A stretch of DNA of 64,000 bases. Origin: Cyanobacteria bacterium P01_A01_bin.123. Its GTDB lineage: Bacteria > Cyanobacteriota > Cyanobacteriia > Phormidesmidales > Phormidesmidaceae. The position numbers and the translations under genes are program-made. This document shows, piece by piece, positions 21,501-30,251 of the stretch. The stretch covers positions 32,001 through 96,000 of the forward strand of contig JBCBZT010000007.1 in NCBI GenBank assembly GCA_039815185.1, in the 5' to 3' direction. The notes beneath the pieces are model-generated. The model was given only the letters and a program-made list of their open reading frames with translations, made no database searches and was not told the origin of the DNA. Positions within the stretch are counted from its first letter, which is position 1; the number at the start of each line of letters is the position of its first letter.

Positions 21501-22112
21501 ATGACTCAAGCGCTCGCACCACCACTCAGCTTTCTAGAATTTCTGGAGACTCTGCCAGAAGATGGTAACCGCTATGAATTGGTTAACGGTCAACGAGTTC
21601 AGCTGATGGCAACCCGTGCCCATGATGATGTGGCTGACTTTATCTACGATGCTTTTCGCGACGAAGTCAGACGCGACCATCTCCATTACAAAATCTCACG
21701 GTTTGCTTCCGTCAAAACTCGTCGTGATGACGGCCTCGTGCAAGGGCGAACCCCTGACATTAGTGTTATTGACAAAGCCATTTGGACCGTTGATCCAAAA
21801 GCGTATGCCGCTATAGAGGAACCCATTCAGCTAGCGGTAGAGGTCAGCTCAACTAACTGGCGGGACGACTATCTGTATAAGCTGGCTGAATATGAAGCAC
21901 TCGGCATTCTGGAGTATTGGATTGTAGATTATCTAGCTATCGGCGCTACCCGCTATATTGGTTCTCCTAAGACGCCTACTATTTCGATATACACCTTGGA
22001 AAACGGCGAATATCAACTTCAGCAGTTTCGCGGCAATGATCGCGTCGCCTCGATAACCTTTCCAAAATTAACGCTCACCGCTGAGGCGATCTTTCAAGCT
22101 TCTGGTCTCTAA
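21501..22112 (+). CDS. Uma2/DUF820 family putative endonuclease
   Basis: RYELVNG, PDISVI, LAVEVSS and K..EYEALGILEYWIVD. Confidence 0.92.
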   Translation: MTQALAPPLSFLEFLETLPEDGNRYELVNGQRVQLMATRAHDDVADFIYDAFRDEVRRDHLHYKISRFASVKTRRDDGLVQGRTPDISVIDKAIWTVDPKAYAAIEEPIQLAVEVSSTNWRDDYLYKLAEYEALGILEYWIVDYLAIGATRYIGSPKTPTISIYTLENGEYQLQQFRGNDRVASITFPKLTLTAEAIFQASGL

Positions 22113-22556
22113 CCACTGCCTCTCCATTGATAGATTAGCTGCTCTCAACTGCAAATACTCTTCAACAGGCAAAGGGCGGGAGGCGCGATCGCACCTTGGT
22201 TTTCAGCCTTTTGAGGAGAGCCCGCTCGATCTGATGAGTCTCACCGGTTTGGGGGCTAGAGGGATGTGACAGTTGATGATTTTAGTCACCAGGTAGTCCA
22301 GGGGATTGTTGAGGGTTTGGGTCTTGATGTGAGACTGATCAGAGGGATATGGGAGCGATCGCTTCTCCATATGCAGATCTAAACGATTGCATCGCAGTCC
22401 ATACACTGTTCAATTCTGACCGGATTGAGAATTCAGTGGTTTGATTGGCTCTGGCGATCGCGCCACTCTCAGAGCAGTTCCAAGGGGGCGATGTCAGACG
22501 TGGCAGTCATGATGCTCTGCCCTTGGCCAACAGCGATTGAAGATATAACCTGCAAG

Positions 22557-22579
22557 GTACCCTAGTGGGGAATATCCAA
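22557..22579 (+). promoter_or_regulatory. 23-bp motif, copy 1, upstream of TPR-CHAT gene 1
   Basis: GTACCCTAGTGGGGAATATCCAA; four copies with identical spacing; function inferred. Confidence 0.6.
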
Positions 22580-22752
22580 GACTGGAAAAGATGTCTAATA
22601 CTTGTTAAAAGAAAACATGGTTGTTTTGCAATGATGGCCGCTGACAGGTGCGATCGCCTCCGTTCTAGTTAGGGAAAAGGGGATGTCCTTGCCGTTGCTG
22701 GGCGCAGCATTGATGCTCAGGGGAGAGGCTCAATAGATGGAGCATAGTTGCC

Positions 22753-25700
22753 ATGCACAGTAAGCAGCGATGGTTAGGGCTAATGCCTTTGGCCTTATTG
22801 GTGTGTGGCCTACCTGTGATGGCCAGGGGAGCATTGCAACCCGCAGTTTTGCAGGATAGGAATACCGAACTAAAAGCAGTGCCCCTGACAAAGGAAGTGC
22901 TACAGGGTCGCTCTCAAAATTCAGGGTCTAGTGGGTCGAAGCAATCTGTCATTGGGCAAGATAGCTTATTGCGAGTTGAAGGGAGCCTATCCGAGGGAGA
23001 CGCCACTCTCAATGACGGCAGCCTATATGAAGAACACACGTTCCAGGGACAGGCAGGGCAGATTGTCAGAATCACGCTGGAAAGTGGTGTATTCGACACC
23101 TATTTGCTACTAGTAGCGCCATCGGGAGCACTCATTGCTGAAGATAACGATGGTGGTAGCGACAGCAATTCTGAAATCGTTGTGCAGTTACCTGAGGATG
23201 GGCCATACCGAGTATTGGCGAATGCCTATGACCAGACTGGACGGGGAGCGTATCAGCTTGTAGCTGTCATGGCTAACGTTGAGGATTTCTCTCAAGTAGA
23301 GGCCGATCGTCTTTTTCAGCTTGGTATTGACCAGTTTCGTGTCAGCCAGTTTCGAGCGGCACTAGCATCATGGCAAGCAGCTTTGGAGCTTTATCGAGTG
23401 CTTGAAAATCGCCAGGGGGAAGCAAACTCACTGGGGAATTTAGGTCTGGCTTACGACAGCCTGGGCAACTATCAGCAGGCCATCGACCACCATCAACAAT
23501 CCTTGGCCATCAAGCGTAACCTCGGCGATCGCCGAGGGGAGGCAAACTCATTGAGCAATCTAGGCCTAGCCTACGACAGCCTAGGCAACTACCCGCAAGC
23601 CATCGACTATTATCAGCAAGCTTTAGACATTGCTCGCGATATCGGCGATCGCCCAGGGGAAGCTGCCTCATTGGGCAATCTGGGCAATGCTCACTATAGT
23701 TTGGGAGATTATCGGCAGGCCATCAACTATCTTACGCAAACCTTAGCGATCGCCCGTGATATCGGTAACCGTCAAAGGGAGGCAGGTTCATTAGGAAATT
23801 TGGGTCTTGCTCACTATAGTTTGGGAGATTACCCGCAAGCCATCGACTATTATCAGCAAGCCTTAGCCATTGCTGGCGATATCGGTAACCGCCAGGGGGA
23901 AGCGAATGCATTGGGCAATCTGGGCAACACCTACCGCAATTTGGGGAATTACCAGCAGGCGATTGACTACCATCAACAATCCTTAGCCATTGCCCGCGAT
24001 ATCGGCGATCGGCAGGGGGAGGTGAACTCATTGGGCAATCTGGGCAACGCCTACCGCAGCCTGAGAGACCATGAACAGGCCATTAGTCATCATGAGCAAT
24101 CTTTAGACATTGCTCATGATATTGGCTATCGCCAGGGGGAGGCGAATGCTTTAGGGAGTTTGGGCAACACCTATCACCGTCTAGGGGACTACCAGCAGGC
24201 CATCGACTACCATCAGCGACACCTAGCCATTGCCCGCGATATTAGCGATCGGCAGGGGGAAACGAACTCATTAGGAAACTTGGGTAGTGCTTACGGTAAT
24301 CTTGGAAACTACTCGCAAGCCATCGATTACTTTGAGCAAACTTTAACTATTGCCCGCGACATCGGCAACCAAGCTGGTGAGGCCAATGCTCTGAACAATC
24401 TTGGCTTTGCTTATCTGTGGTTGAACCGTCTTGCAGAAGCAGAAGATGTTTTCTTGAACGCGATCGCTGTTTTAGAAAACTTACGCAACACTGGCTTAAG
24501 CGATGCTGACAAAATTCGTTTTTTTGATACCCAGACTAATGCTTACAAAGGGCTTGAACAGGCACTGATTCTGCAAGATAAGCCAGTCCAAGCTTTAGAA
24601 GTGGCCGAGCGGGGACGTTCCCGCGCATTCATAGAGTTGTTAGCCGAACGTCTATCTCTGCAGCAGGCAGAACAACTCTCCTCAGAACCACCAGACTTTA
24701 CCAAAATTCAGCAGATTGCGGCTGCTCAACAGGGTGTTTTGGTGGAATATTCACTGATTAACGGTGGACCTGACAGTCCTTCTCTCTATATATGGGTTGT
24801 ACAACCCGATGGTGAACTAGACTTTCGCAAGGTGTCCCTAGACGATAACGCCCTTGACTTAGCCGAGTTGGTTAGCCAGAGCCGACAGTCCATCGGTGTG
24901 CGTGGCAGGGGCGGTGGATTTGAGCTGGTGGAGGCCCCCACTGGAAATGAGCAACTGCGCCAACTGTATCAACTCCTGATTGAGCCGATTGCTGACCTAT
25001 TACCCCCCCATCCAGAACAACGGGTCATCTTCATGCCCCAGGGTGAGTTATTCCTGGTGCCATTTCCCGCCCTGATTGATGAATCAGGCGATTACCTAAT
25101 TGAGAAGCACACCATATTAACTGCGCCGTCTATTCAAACTTTAGATCTCACTCGACGACAGCGCATGGTTCTTGAAATTTCCGATTCACTGGAGGCTGAA
25201 TCTATCCTCACTGTGGGTAATCCCACCATGCCGGAGGTATGGAACCCAGATGCATCTGCCTATCAGCAACTGTCTAACTTGCCGGGGGCAGAGCGAGAAG
25301 CCTTAGAGATTGCTAACTTCTTCAATATCCAACCCTTGCTCAATGCTGATGCGACGGAGCAGATGATCAAACAGCGGATTGAAGCTGCTCGTATTGTTCA
25401 CTTGGCAACTCACGGTTTATTGGAATATGGCACTCCTGAGGACTCTGGCGTGAGAGATTTACCCGGGGCCATTGCCTTAGCGCCAGGGCAGGGTGAAGAC
25501 GGTTTACTCACCTCTGCTGAAATTAGAACCTTTAACTTGCAAGCAGAGTTGGTCGTGCTTAGTGCCTGTGATACTGGCCGGGGCCGCATTACTGGGGATG
25601 GGGTGATTGGGCTGTCTCGATCTTTTATCGAAGCCGGAACACCCAGCGTGATTGTGTCTCTGTGGTCGGTACCAGATGCGCCGACGGCAGAGTTGATGAC

Positions 25701-25833
25701 GGAGTTTTATCGACAGTTGCAGCAGGGGCAGGATAAGGCTCAGGCGTTGCGACAGGCAATGTTGACAACGTTAGAGAATCATTCTGAACCAAAGGACTGG
25801 GCGGCGTTTACGTTGATTGGGGAAGCGGATTGA
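22753..25833 (+). CDS. Signal peptide-PPC-TPR-CHAT protease 1
   Basis: Signal peptide; PPC-like domain (HTFQGQAGQIVRITLES..FDTYLLL); 40-aa TPR repeats; CHAT dyad HLATHG / LSACDTG; WAAF end. Confidence 0.93.
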   Translation: MHSKQRWLGLMPLALLVCGLPVMARGALQPAVLQDRNTELKAVPLTKEVLQGRSQNSGSSGSKQSVIGQDSLLRVEGSLSEGDATLNDGSLYEEHTFQGQAGQIVRITLESGVFDTYLLLVAPSGALIAEDNDGGSDSNSEIVVQLPEDGPYRVLANAYDQTGRGAYQLVAVMANVEDFSQVEADRLFQLGIDQFRVSQFRAALASWQAALELYRVLENRQGEANSLGNLGLAYDSLGNYQQAIDHHQQSLAIKRNLGDRRGEANSLSNLGLAYDSLGNYPQAIDYYQQALDIARDIGDRPGEAASLGNLGNAHYSLGDYRQAINYLTQTLAIARDIGNRQREAGSLGNLGLAHYSLGDYPQAIDYYQQALAIAGDIGNRQGEANALGNLGNTYRNLGNYQQAIDYHQQSLAIARDIGDRQGEVNSLGNLGNAYRSLRDHEQAISHHEQSLDIAHDIGYRQGEANALGSLGNTYHRLGDYQQAIDYHQRHLAIARDISDRQGETNSLGNLGSAYGNLGNYSQAIDYFEQTLTIARDIGNQAGEANALNNLGFAYLWLNRLAEAEDVFLNAIAVLENLRNTGLSDADKIRFFDTQTNAYKGLEQALILQDKPVQALEVAERGRSRAFIELLAERLSLQQAEQLSSEPPDFTKIQQIAAAQQGVLVEYSLINGGPDSPSLYIWVVQPDGELDFRKVSLDDNALDLAELVSQSRQSIGVRGRGGGFELVEAPTGNEQLRQLYQLLIEPIADLLPPHPEQRVIFMPQGELFLVPFPALIDESGDYLIEKHTILTAPSIQTLDLTRRQRMVLEISDSLEAESILTVGNPTMPEVWNPDASAYQQLSNLPGAEREALEIANFFNIQPLLNADATEQMIKQRIEAARIVHLATHGLLEYGTPEDSGVRDLPGAIALAPGQGEDGLLTSAEIRTFNLQAELVVLSACDTGRGRITGDGVIGLSRSFIEAGTPSVIVSLWSVPDAPTAELMTEFYRQLQQGQDKAQALRQAMLTTLENHSEPKDWAAFTLIGEAD

Positions 25834-25847
25834 GGGCAAAGAAACTA

Positions 25848-25870
25848 GTACCCTCATGGAGCATATCCAA
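25848..25870 (+). promoter_or_regulatory. 23-bp motif, copy 2
   Basis: GTACCCTCATGGAGCATATCCAA. Confidence 0.6.
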
Positions 25871-25896
25871 AAGCCGTATTTAATTATTTAATTAAA

Positions 25897-27095
25897 CAGG
25901 ACTTACGCATTGACAAATGAGTAAATTCGTGGGTTGGAGATAAAAGGTGTTTTCAGGACTTACGCATTGACAAATGAGTAAATTCGTGGGTTGGAGATAA
26001 AAGGTGTTTTATCGAGCAACCCTTGCGCATCGCCACTAAACCCTCAACCGCTCACTGCACGATCGATCTCTACGTCCGCTATCTGCTCGCCCAACCGCAA
26101 GGGTCAGGCTGTTGTGAACTTGCTGAGATCCTTAAGACGGTGTCCCATGACAGCATCAATCGATTCCTGTGCCGAGAACGCTATGAGCCGAAGGATCTCT
26201 TTGATGAACTGGTCAATCAAGGCTGGCTAGATTTAGTCGGTGGCGTGTTGAGCGTAGACGATACGGTGCTGGAGAAACCCTACTCACAGCGAGAAGCCAC
26301 GGCTCTTTTAGGCTATTTCTGGAGTAGTAAAGCTGCCAAGCCAGTGCTGGGACTCTCATTAGTCACGCTCTTCTACACCAGTGCCACTGGCTTCCAAGTG
26401 CCCGTCAACTATCGTCTCTATGACAAAGCGGAGGGCAAAACCAAAAATCAGTACTTTCAAGAGATGTGGCAAGAAGTCAGGCAGTGGGGGCTACGGCCTC
26501 AAGCTGTCACCAGCGATACTTGGTACGCCGCTAAAGCTAATCTCAACTTGCTCAAAAACGACCAGATGGGGTTTTTGGTCGGCGTTGCCAAGAATCGGCA
26601 GGTCCGTTTAACATCCCAGCAGCCCTATCAGCGGGTGGAGACCCTGACGATTCCCGACGCCGGGCTTCTGGTTTATCTTAAGGGAGTCGGGCCAGTCAAG
26701 GTCTTTTGCCAGTGCTTCAAAAACGAATCGTGTCGGTATTATGCCTTGTACTTGCCTGACCCTAAGGCTTTGGCGAGCGCGGGAGCGGCTGACTTCGAGC
26801 GGTTGCACACTCTCCATTGGGGCATTGAATGTTTTCACCGCGCCGGAAAACAACTGTGTGCCCTACGGCGCTTTCGAGTGCGCCTGAAGGAAGCCATCCA
26901 CACTCATATCTTTTGTGCTCTGCGAGCCTTTGTCGAGTTGGAATTGCAAGTTTGGCAGCAGCAGCTAGGCAATTGGGATGAACTCCAACGTCACCTCTAT
27001 CAAGAGGTCGCTCGGCAGTTCATCCTCCAAGCGCCTTTGACGAGGAAGACGCCTTGAACCCTGATGTTGTTGAATTTGTCAATGCGTAAGTCCTG
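25897..27095 (+). mobile_element. IS701-like insertion sequence with 22-bp perfect TIRs, TTAAA target duplication and a tandemly duplicated left end
   Basis: IRL CAGGACTTACGCATTGACAAAT at 25897 and again at 25954; IRR at 27074-27095; TTAAA at 25892-25896 and 27096-27100. Confidence 0.92.
26023..27057 (+). CDS. DDE transposase (IS701-like)
   Basis: SHDSINRFL, LSVDDTVLEKPY, VTSDTWY and HWGIECFHR. Confidence 0.92.
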   Translation: MRIATKPSTAHCTIDLYVRYLLAQPQGSGCCELAEILKTVSHDSINRFLCRERYEPKDLFDELVNQGWLDLVGGVLSVDDTVLEKPYSQREATALLGYFWSSKAAKPVLGLSLVTLFYTSATGFQVPVNYRLYDKAEGKTKNQYFQEMWQEVRQWGLRPQAVTSDTWYAAKANLNLLKNDQMGFLVGVAKNRQVRLTSQQPYQRVETLTIPDAGLLVYLKGVGPVKVFCQCFKNESCRYYALYLPDPKALASAGAADFERLHTLHWGIECFHRAGKQLCALRRFRVRLKEAIHTHIFCALRAFVELELQVWQQQLGNWDELQRHLYQEVARQFILQAPLTRKTP

Positions 27096-27211
27096 TTAAA
27101 TACGGCTTTGGCTTGGAGGTTCTGCGCCAAATAGTGAGTTGACCTCCGGGATTGCTCAGAGCGGCATTAATGCTTTAAGTCGTGGTGACTTGTTTGATAA
27201 GGGAATGGCAT

Positions 27212-30106
27212 ATGCATAAGTGGCATCAATGGTCAGGGTTAATCGCGTTGATGCTTCTGGCATGGCGGATGCCTGTCGCTGCAAGGGAACCACTGAGGCT
27301 TAACGCGCTAGAGTATCCACCTTTAAGGGCAGAGCCTGCCATTCTGCCGCAGGAGAAATTGCAGGCTCTGCCACAAACTGAGGTTGCCAATGACTTAAAA
27401 CAAGCAAACACATCGCAACAGATACTGCTCCAAGTTGAGGGAAATTTAGCTGATGGGGATGCCAGCTTCGATAATGGCAGTCTCTATGATGTGCATACGT
27501 TTCAAGGACAGGCGGGGCAAATCGTCAGGATCACACTGGAAAGCCAAGACTTTGATACCTACCTGCTGCTCAATGCGCCCTCGGGTGAGCAGATTGCCGC
27601 AAACGATGACGGCGGAAGCGGTACTAATGCAAAGATTGTCGTGCAGTTGCCTGAAGACGGGGTATACCGAGTGCTGGCTATCGCCTATTACCAGACGGGG
27701 CGGGGAAACTATCAACTAATGGTTAGGACTGCTGGTGAGTCAGATCTCCCTGGTGAGTCAGATCTCCAGCGAGCAAACCAAGAAGCTGAAGCCGATCGCT
27801 TGTTGCAGCAGGGCATTGAACAATATGGCGCTAGCCAGTCTCCGGAAGCCCTCGCCTCCTGGCAGGCCGCATTAGCGCTTTATCGCCAGTTGGGAAATCG
27901 CAAAGGGGAAGCCAATGCCCTGGGTAGTTTGGGCGTCGCTTACGACCGTCTGGGGGACGACCGCCGCGCTATTGACTTCTATGAGCAATCCTTAGCCATT
28001 GACCGTGAAATCGGCGATCGCCAGGGAGAAGCCACTACTCTGAATAATTTAGGTCTCGCTTACGGCGGTCTAAGAGACTACCGCCGCGCTATTGACCTCC
28101 ATGAGCAATCCTTAGCCATCGCTCGTGAACTCGGCGATCGTCAGGGGGAAGCCAATGCCCTGGGTAGTTTGGGTATCGCTTATTACCGTCTAGGAGACTA
28201 CCGCCGCGCCATTGACTTCCATGAGCAATCTTTAGCCATTGACCGTGAAATCGGCGATCGCCGGGGGGAAGCCTATGCGCTGGGAAATTTGGGCTTCGCT
28301 TACGAAGCTCTAGGAGACGACCGCCGCGCCATTGACTTCCAAGAGCAAGCTTTAGCCATTGCCCGTGAAATCGGCGATCGCCAGGCAGAAGCCAATGCCT
28401 TAACAAACCTAGCCTACGCTTTGGAAGCGGAAGCCCAACCCGAACTCGCTATCGTCTTTTTCAAGCAAGCGGTCAATACCTTCGAAGCCATCCGCGACAG
28501 CAACCGAGGTCTAGAAGCTGACCTGCAAAGCTCCTACACAGCCACCGTCGAAGACACCTATCGCCATCTGGCCGATCTACTGCTCCAGCAAGACCGCATC
28601 CTGGAAGCTCAGCGAGTGCTAGACTTGCTCAAAGTGCAAGAGCTCGACAACTACCTGCGCGGCGTTCGTCGCAACGCCGACACCGAAGCTGGTGTTACCT
28701 TCCGCCCCGCCGAGCAGGAGCTCTTGCAGCGCTATACCGCCAACCAAGATCAGCTGATTGCCCTGGGACAGGAACGGGCCGAACTGGCTAAAATTCCCCG
28801 TGACCAGCGCACCGCCGCTCAAGCCGAGCGGATTGTGGAACTGCGCCAGCTAGAGCAAGCGATCCGGCAGCAGTTCCGAGGCTTCTTTGAGCAGAGCGAA
28901 ATTGTGGAACTGGTAAATCGCCTGCGTCGCACCGTAGGAGCCGCCAACATTGAACTCGCCGAACTCAACGCCCTGCGGGACAACCTGCAAAACCTGGATC
29001 AAGACGCTGTTGTGCTCTATCCCCTCATCCTTGAGGATCGACTAGAACTGGTGCTGGTCACCCCCGATACGGCCCCCATCCGCCGCACCGTCAGCGTCCG
29101 CCGGGAAGACCTCAACCGCACCATCGGCGAACTGCGCCACGCCCTGGAGTCCCCCAGTCGCGATGCGGTTACCCCCGCTCAGCAGCTCTACGATTGGTTG
29201 ATTCGCCCGATTGAGGCCGACTTGGCCCAGGCGGAAGCCAAAACCATCATCTACGCCCCCGACTTGCAACTGCGCTACGTCCCGCTAGCGGCGCTGCACG
29301 ACGGTGACCAGTGGCTAATCGAAACCTACCGGGTCAATAACATCACCGCCGCCAGCCTGGACGATTTGGACAATGCCCCATCTCCGGGCGGGTTGAACAT
29401 TTTGGCTACCGCCTTTACCGAAGGTCGCCATGAGGTACCCGTGGGTGAGCAAACCCTACGCTTCTCGGGATTGCCCTTTGCCGGGGTAGAAGTGGAAAAC
29501 CTAGCCACGCTGGTTCCCGGCACGGAGCAGCGCTTAAACGAAAACTTCAGCGCCGACATCGTCTATGAAATGGATGATTACCGGATTGTGCATTTGGCAA
29601 CCCACGCCATTTTCAATCCGGGGCCGCCAGAGAATTCGTTTATTCTCTTTGGCAACGGCGATCGCGCCACCCTGGCCGACGTGAAAAACTGGAGCTTTCC
29701 CAATGTGGAGCTAATTGTGCTAAGCGCCTGTGAAACCGCCGTGGGAGATGTGCCCTTGGGTAATGGGGAAGAGATTTTGGGCTTTGGCTATTTGATGCAG
29801 TTGGCGGGAGCGGATGCTGCGATCGCCTCCCTCTGGGCAGTGGACGATGGCGGCACTCAGATTTTGATGAATGGATTTTACGATGTGCTCAACCAGGGCG
29901 GACTAGCTAAGGCAGAAGCGCTGCGGCAGGCGCAGATATCGCTGATTCGCGCCGGGGAAGAGGGGCGAGCGACAGGCAGTGGTGGCGACGATAATCGCGG
30001 TGGGTTTGAGCTGGTGCCGACTGACAATGGCTCGAATCTCGACCCATCGGATCTGAGCCATCCCCACTATTGGGCACCGTTTATTTTAATTGGCAATGGG
30101 CTGTAG
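27212..30106 (+). CDS. Signal peptide-PPC-TPR-CHAT protease 2 (different CHAT subtype, with a coiled coil)
   Basis: MHKWHQW signal peptide; PPC domain; near-identical 120-bp TPR repeats; HLATHA / LSACETA; HPHYWAPFILIGNGL end. Confidence 0.92.
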   Translation: MHKWHQWSGLIALMLLAWRMPVAAREPLRLNALEYPPLRAEPAILPQEKLQALPQTEVANDLKQANTSQQILLQVEGNLADGDASFDNGSLYDVHTFQGQAGQIVRITLESQDFDTYLLLNAPSGEQIAANDDGGSGTNAKIVVQLPEDGVYRVLAIAYYQTGRGNYQLMVRTAGESDLPGESDLQRANQEAEADRLLQQGIEQYGASQSPEALASWQAALALYRQLGNRKGEANALGSLGVAYDRLGDDRRAIDFYEQSLAIDREIGDRQGEATTLNNLGLAYGGLRDYRRAIDLHEQSLAIARELGDRQGEANALGSLGIAYYRLGDYRRAIDFHEQSLAIDREIGDRRGEAYALGNLGFAYEALGDDRRAIDFQEQALAIAREIGDRQAEANALTNLAYALEAEAQPELAIVFFKQAVNTFEAIRDSNRGLEADLQSSYTATVEDTYRHLADLLLQQDRILEAQRVLDLLKVQELDNYLRGVRRNADTEAGVTFRPAEQELLQRYTANQDQLIALGQERAELAKIPRDQRTAAQAERIVELRQLEQAIRQQFRGFFEQSEIVELVNRLRRTVGAANIELAELNALRDNLQNLDQDAVVLYPLILEDRLELVLVTPDTAPIRRTVSVRREDLNRTIGELRHALESPSRDAVTPAQQLYDWLIRPIEADLAQAEAKTIIYAPDLQLRYVPLAALHDGDQWLIETYRVNNITAASLDDLDNAPSPGGLNILATAFTEGRHEVPVGEQTLRFSGLPFAGVEVENLATLVPGTEQRLNENFSADIVYEMDDYRIVHLATHAIFNPGPPENSFILFGNGDRATLADVKNWSFPNVELIVLSACETAVGDVPLGNGEEILGFGYLMQLAGADAAIASLWAVDDGGTQILMNGFYDVLNQGGLAKAEALRQAQISLIRAGEEGRATGSGGDDNRGGFELVPTDNGSNLDPSDLSHPHYWAPFILIGNGL

Positions 30107-30113
30107 ATAATCA

Positions 30114-30136
30114 GTACCCGTGGGGGGAATATCCAA
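30114..30136 (+). promoter_or_regulatory. 23-bp motif, copy 3
   Basis: GTACCCGTGGGGGGAATATCCAA. Confidence 0.6.
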
Positions 30137-30251
30137 AAACTGAACTAGTATCGATACTGAATAAAGTTTGGCTGTGGGGAGGCTGCACCGAATAGGCGTG
30201 TCGTTCCCGTCACCACAACAGCGGTATCACTTTTCAGTAAGGGGTTGGCGA

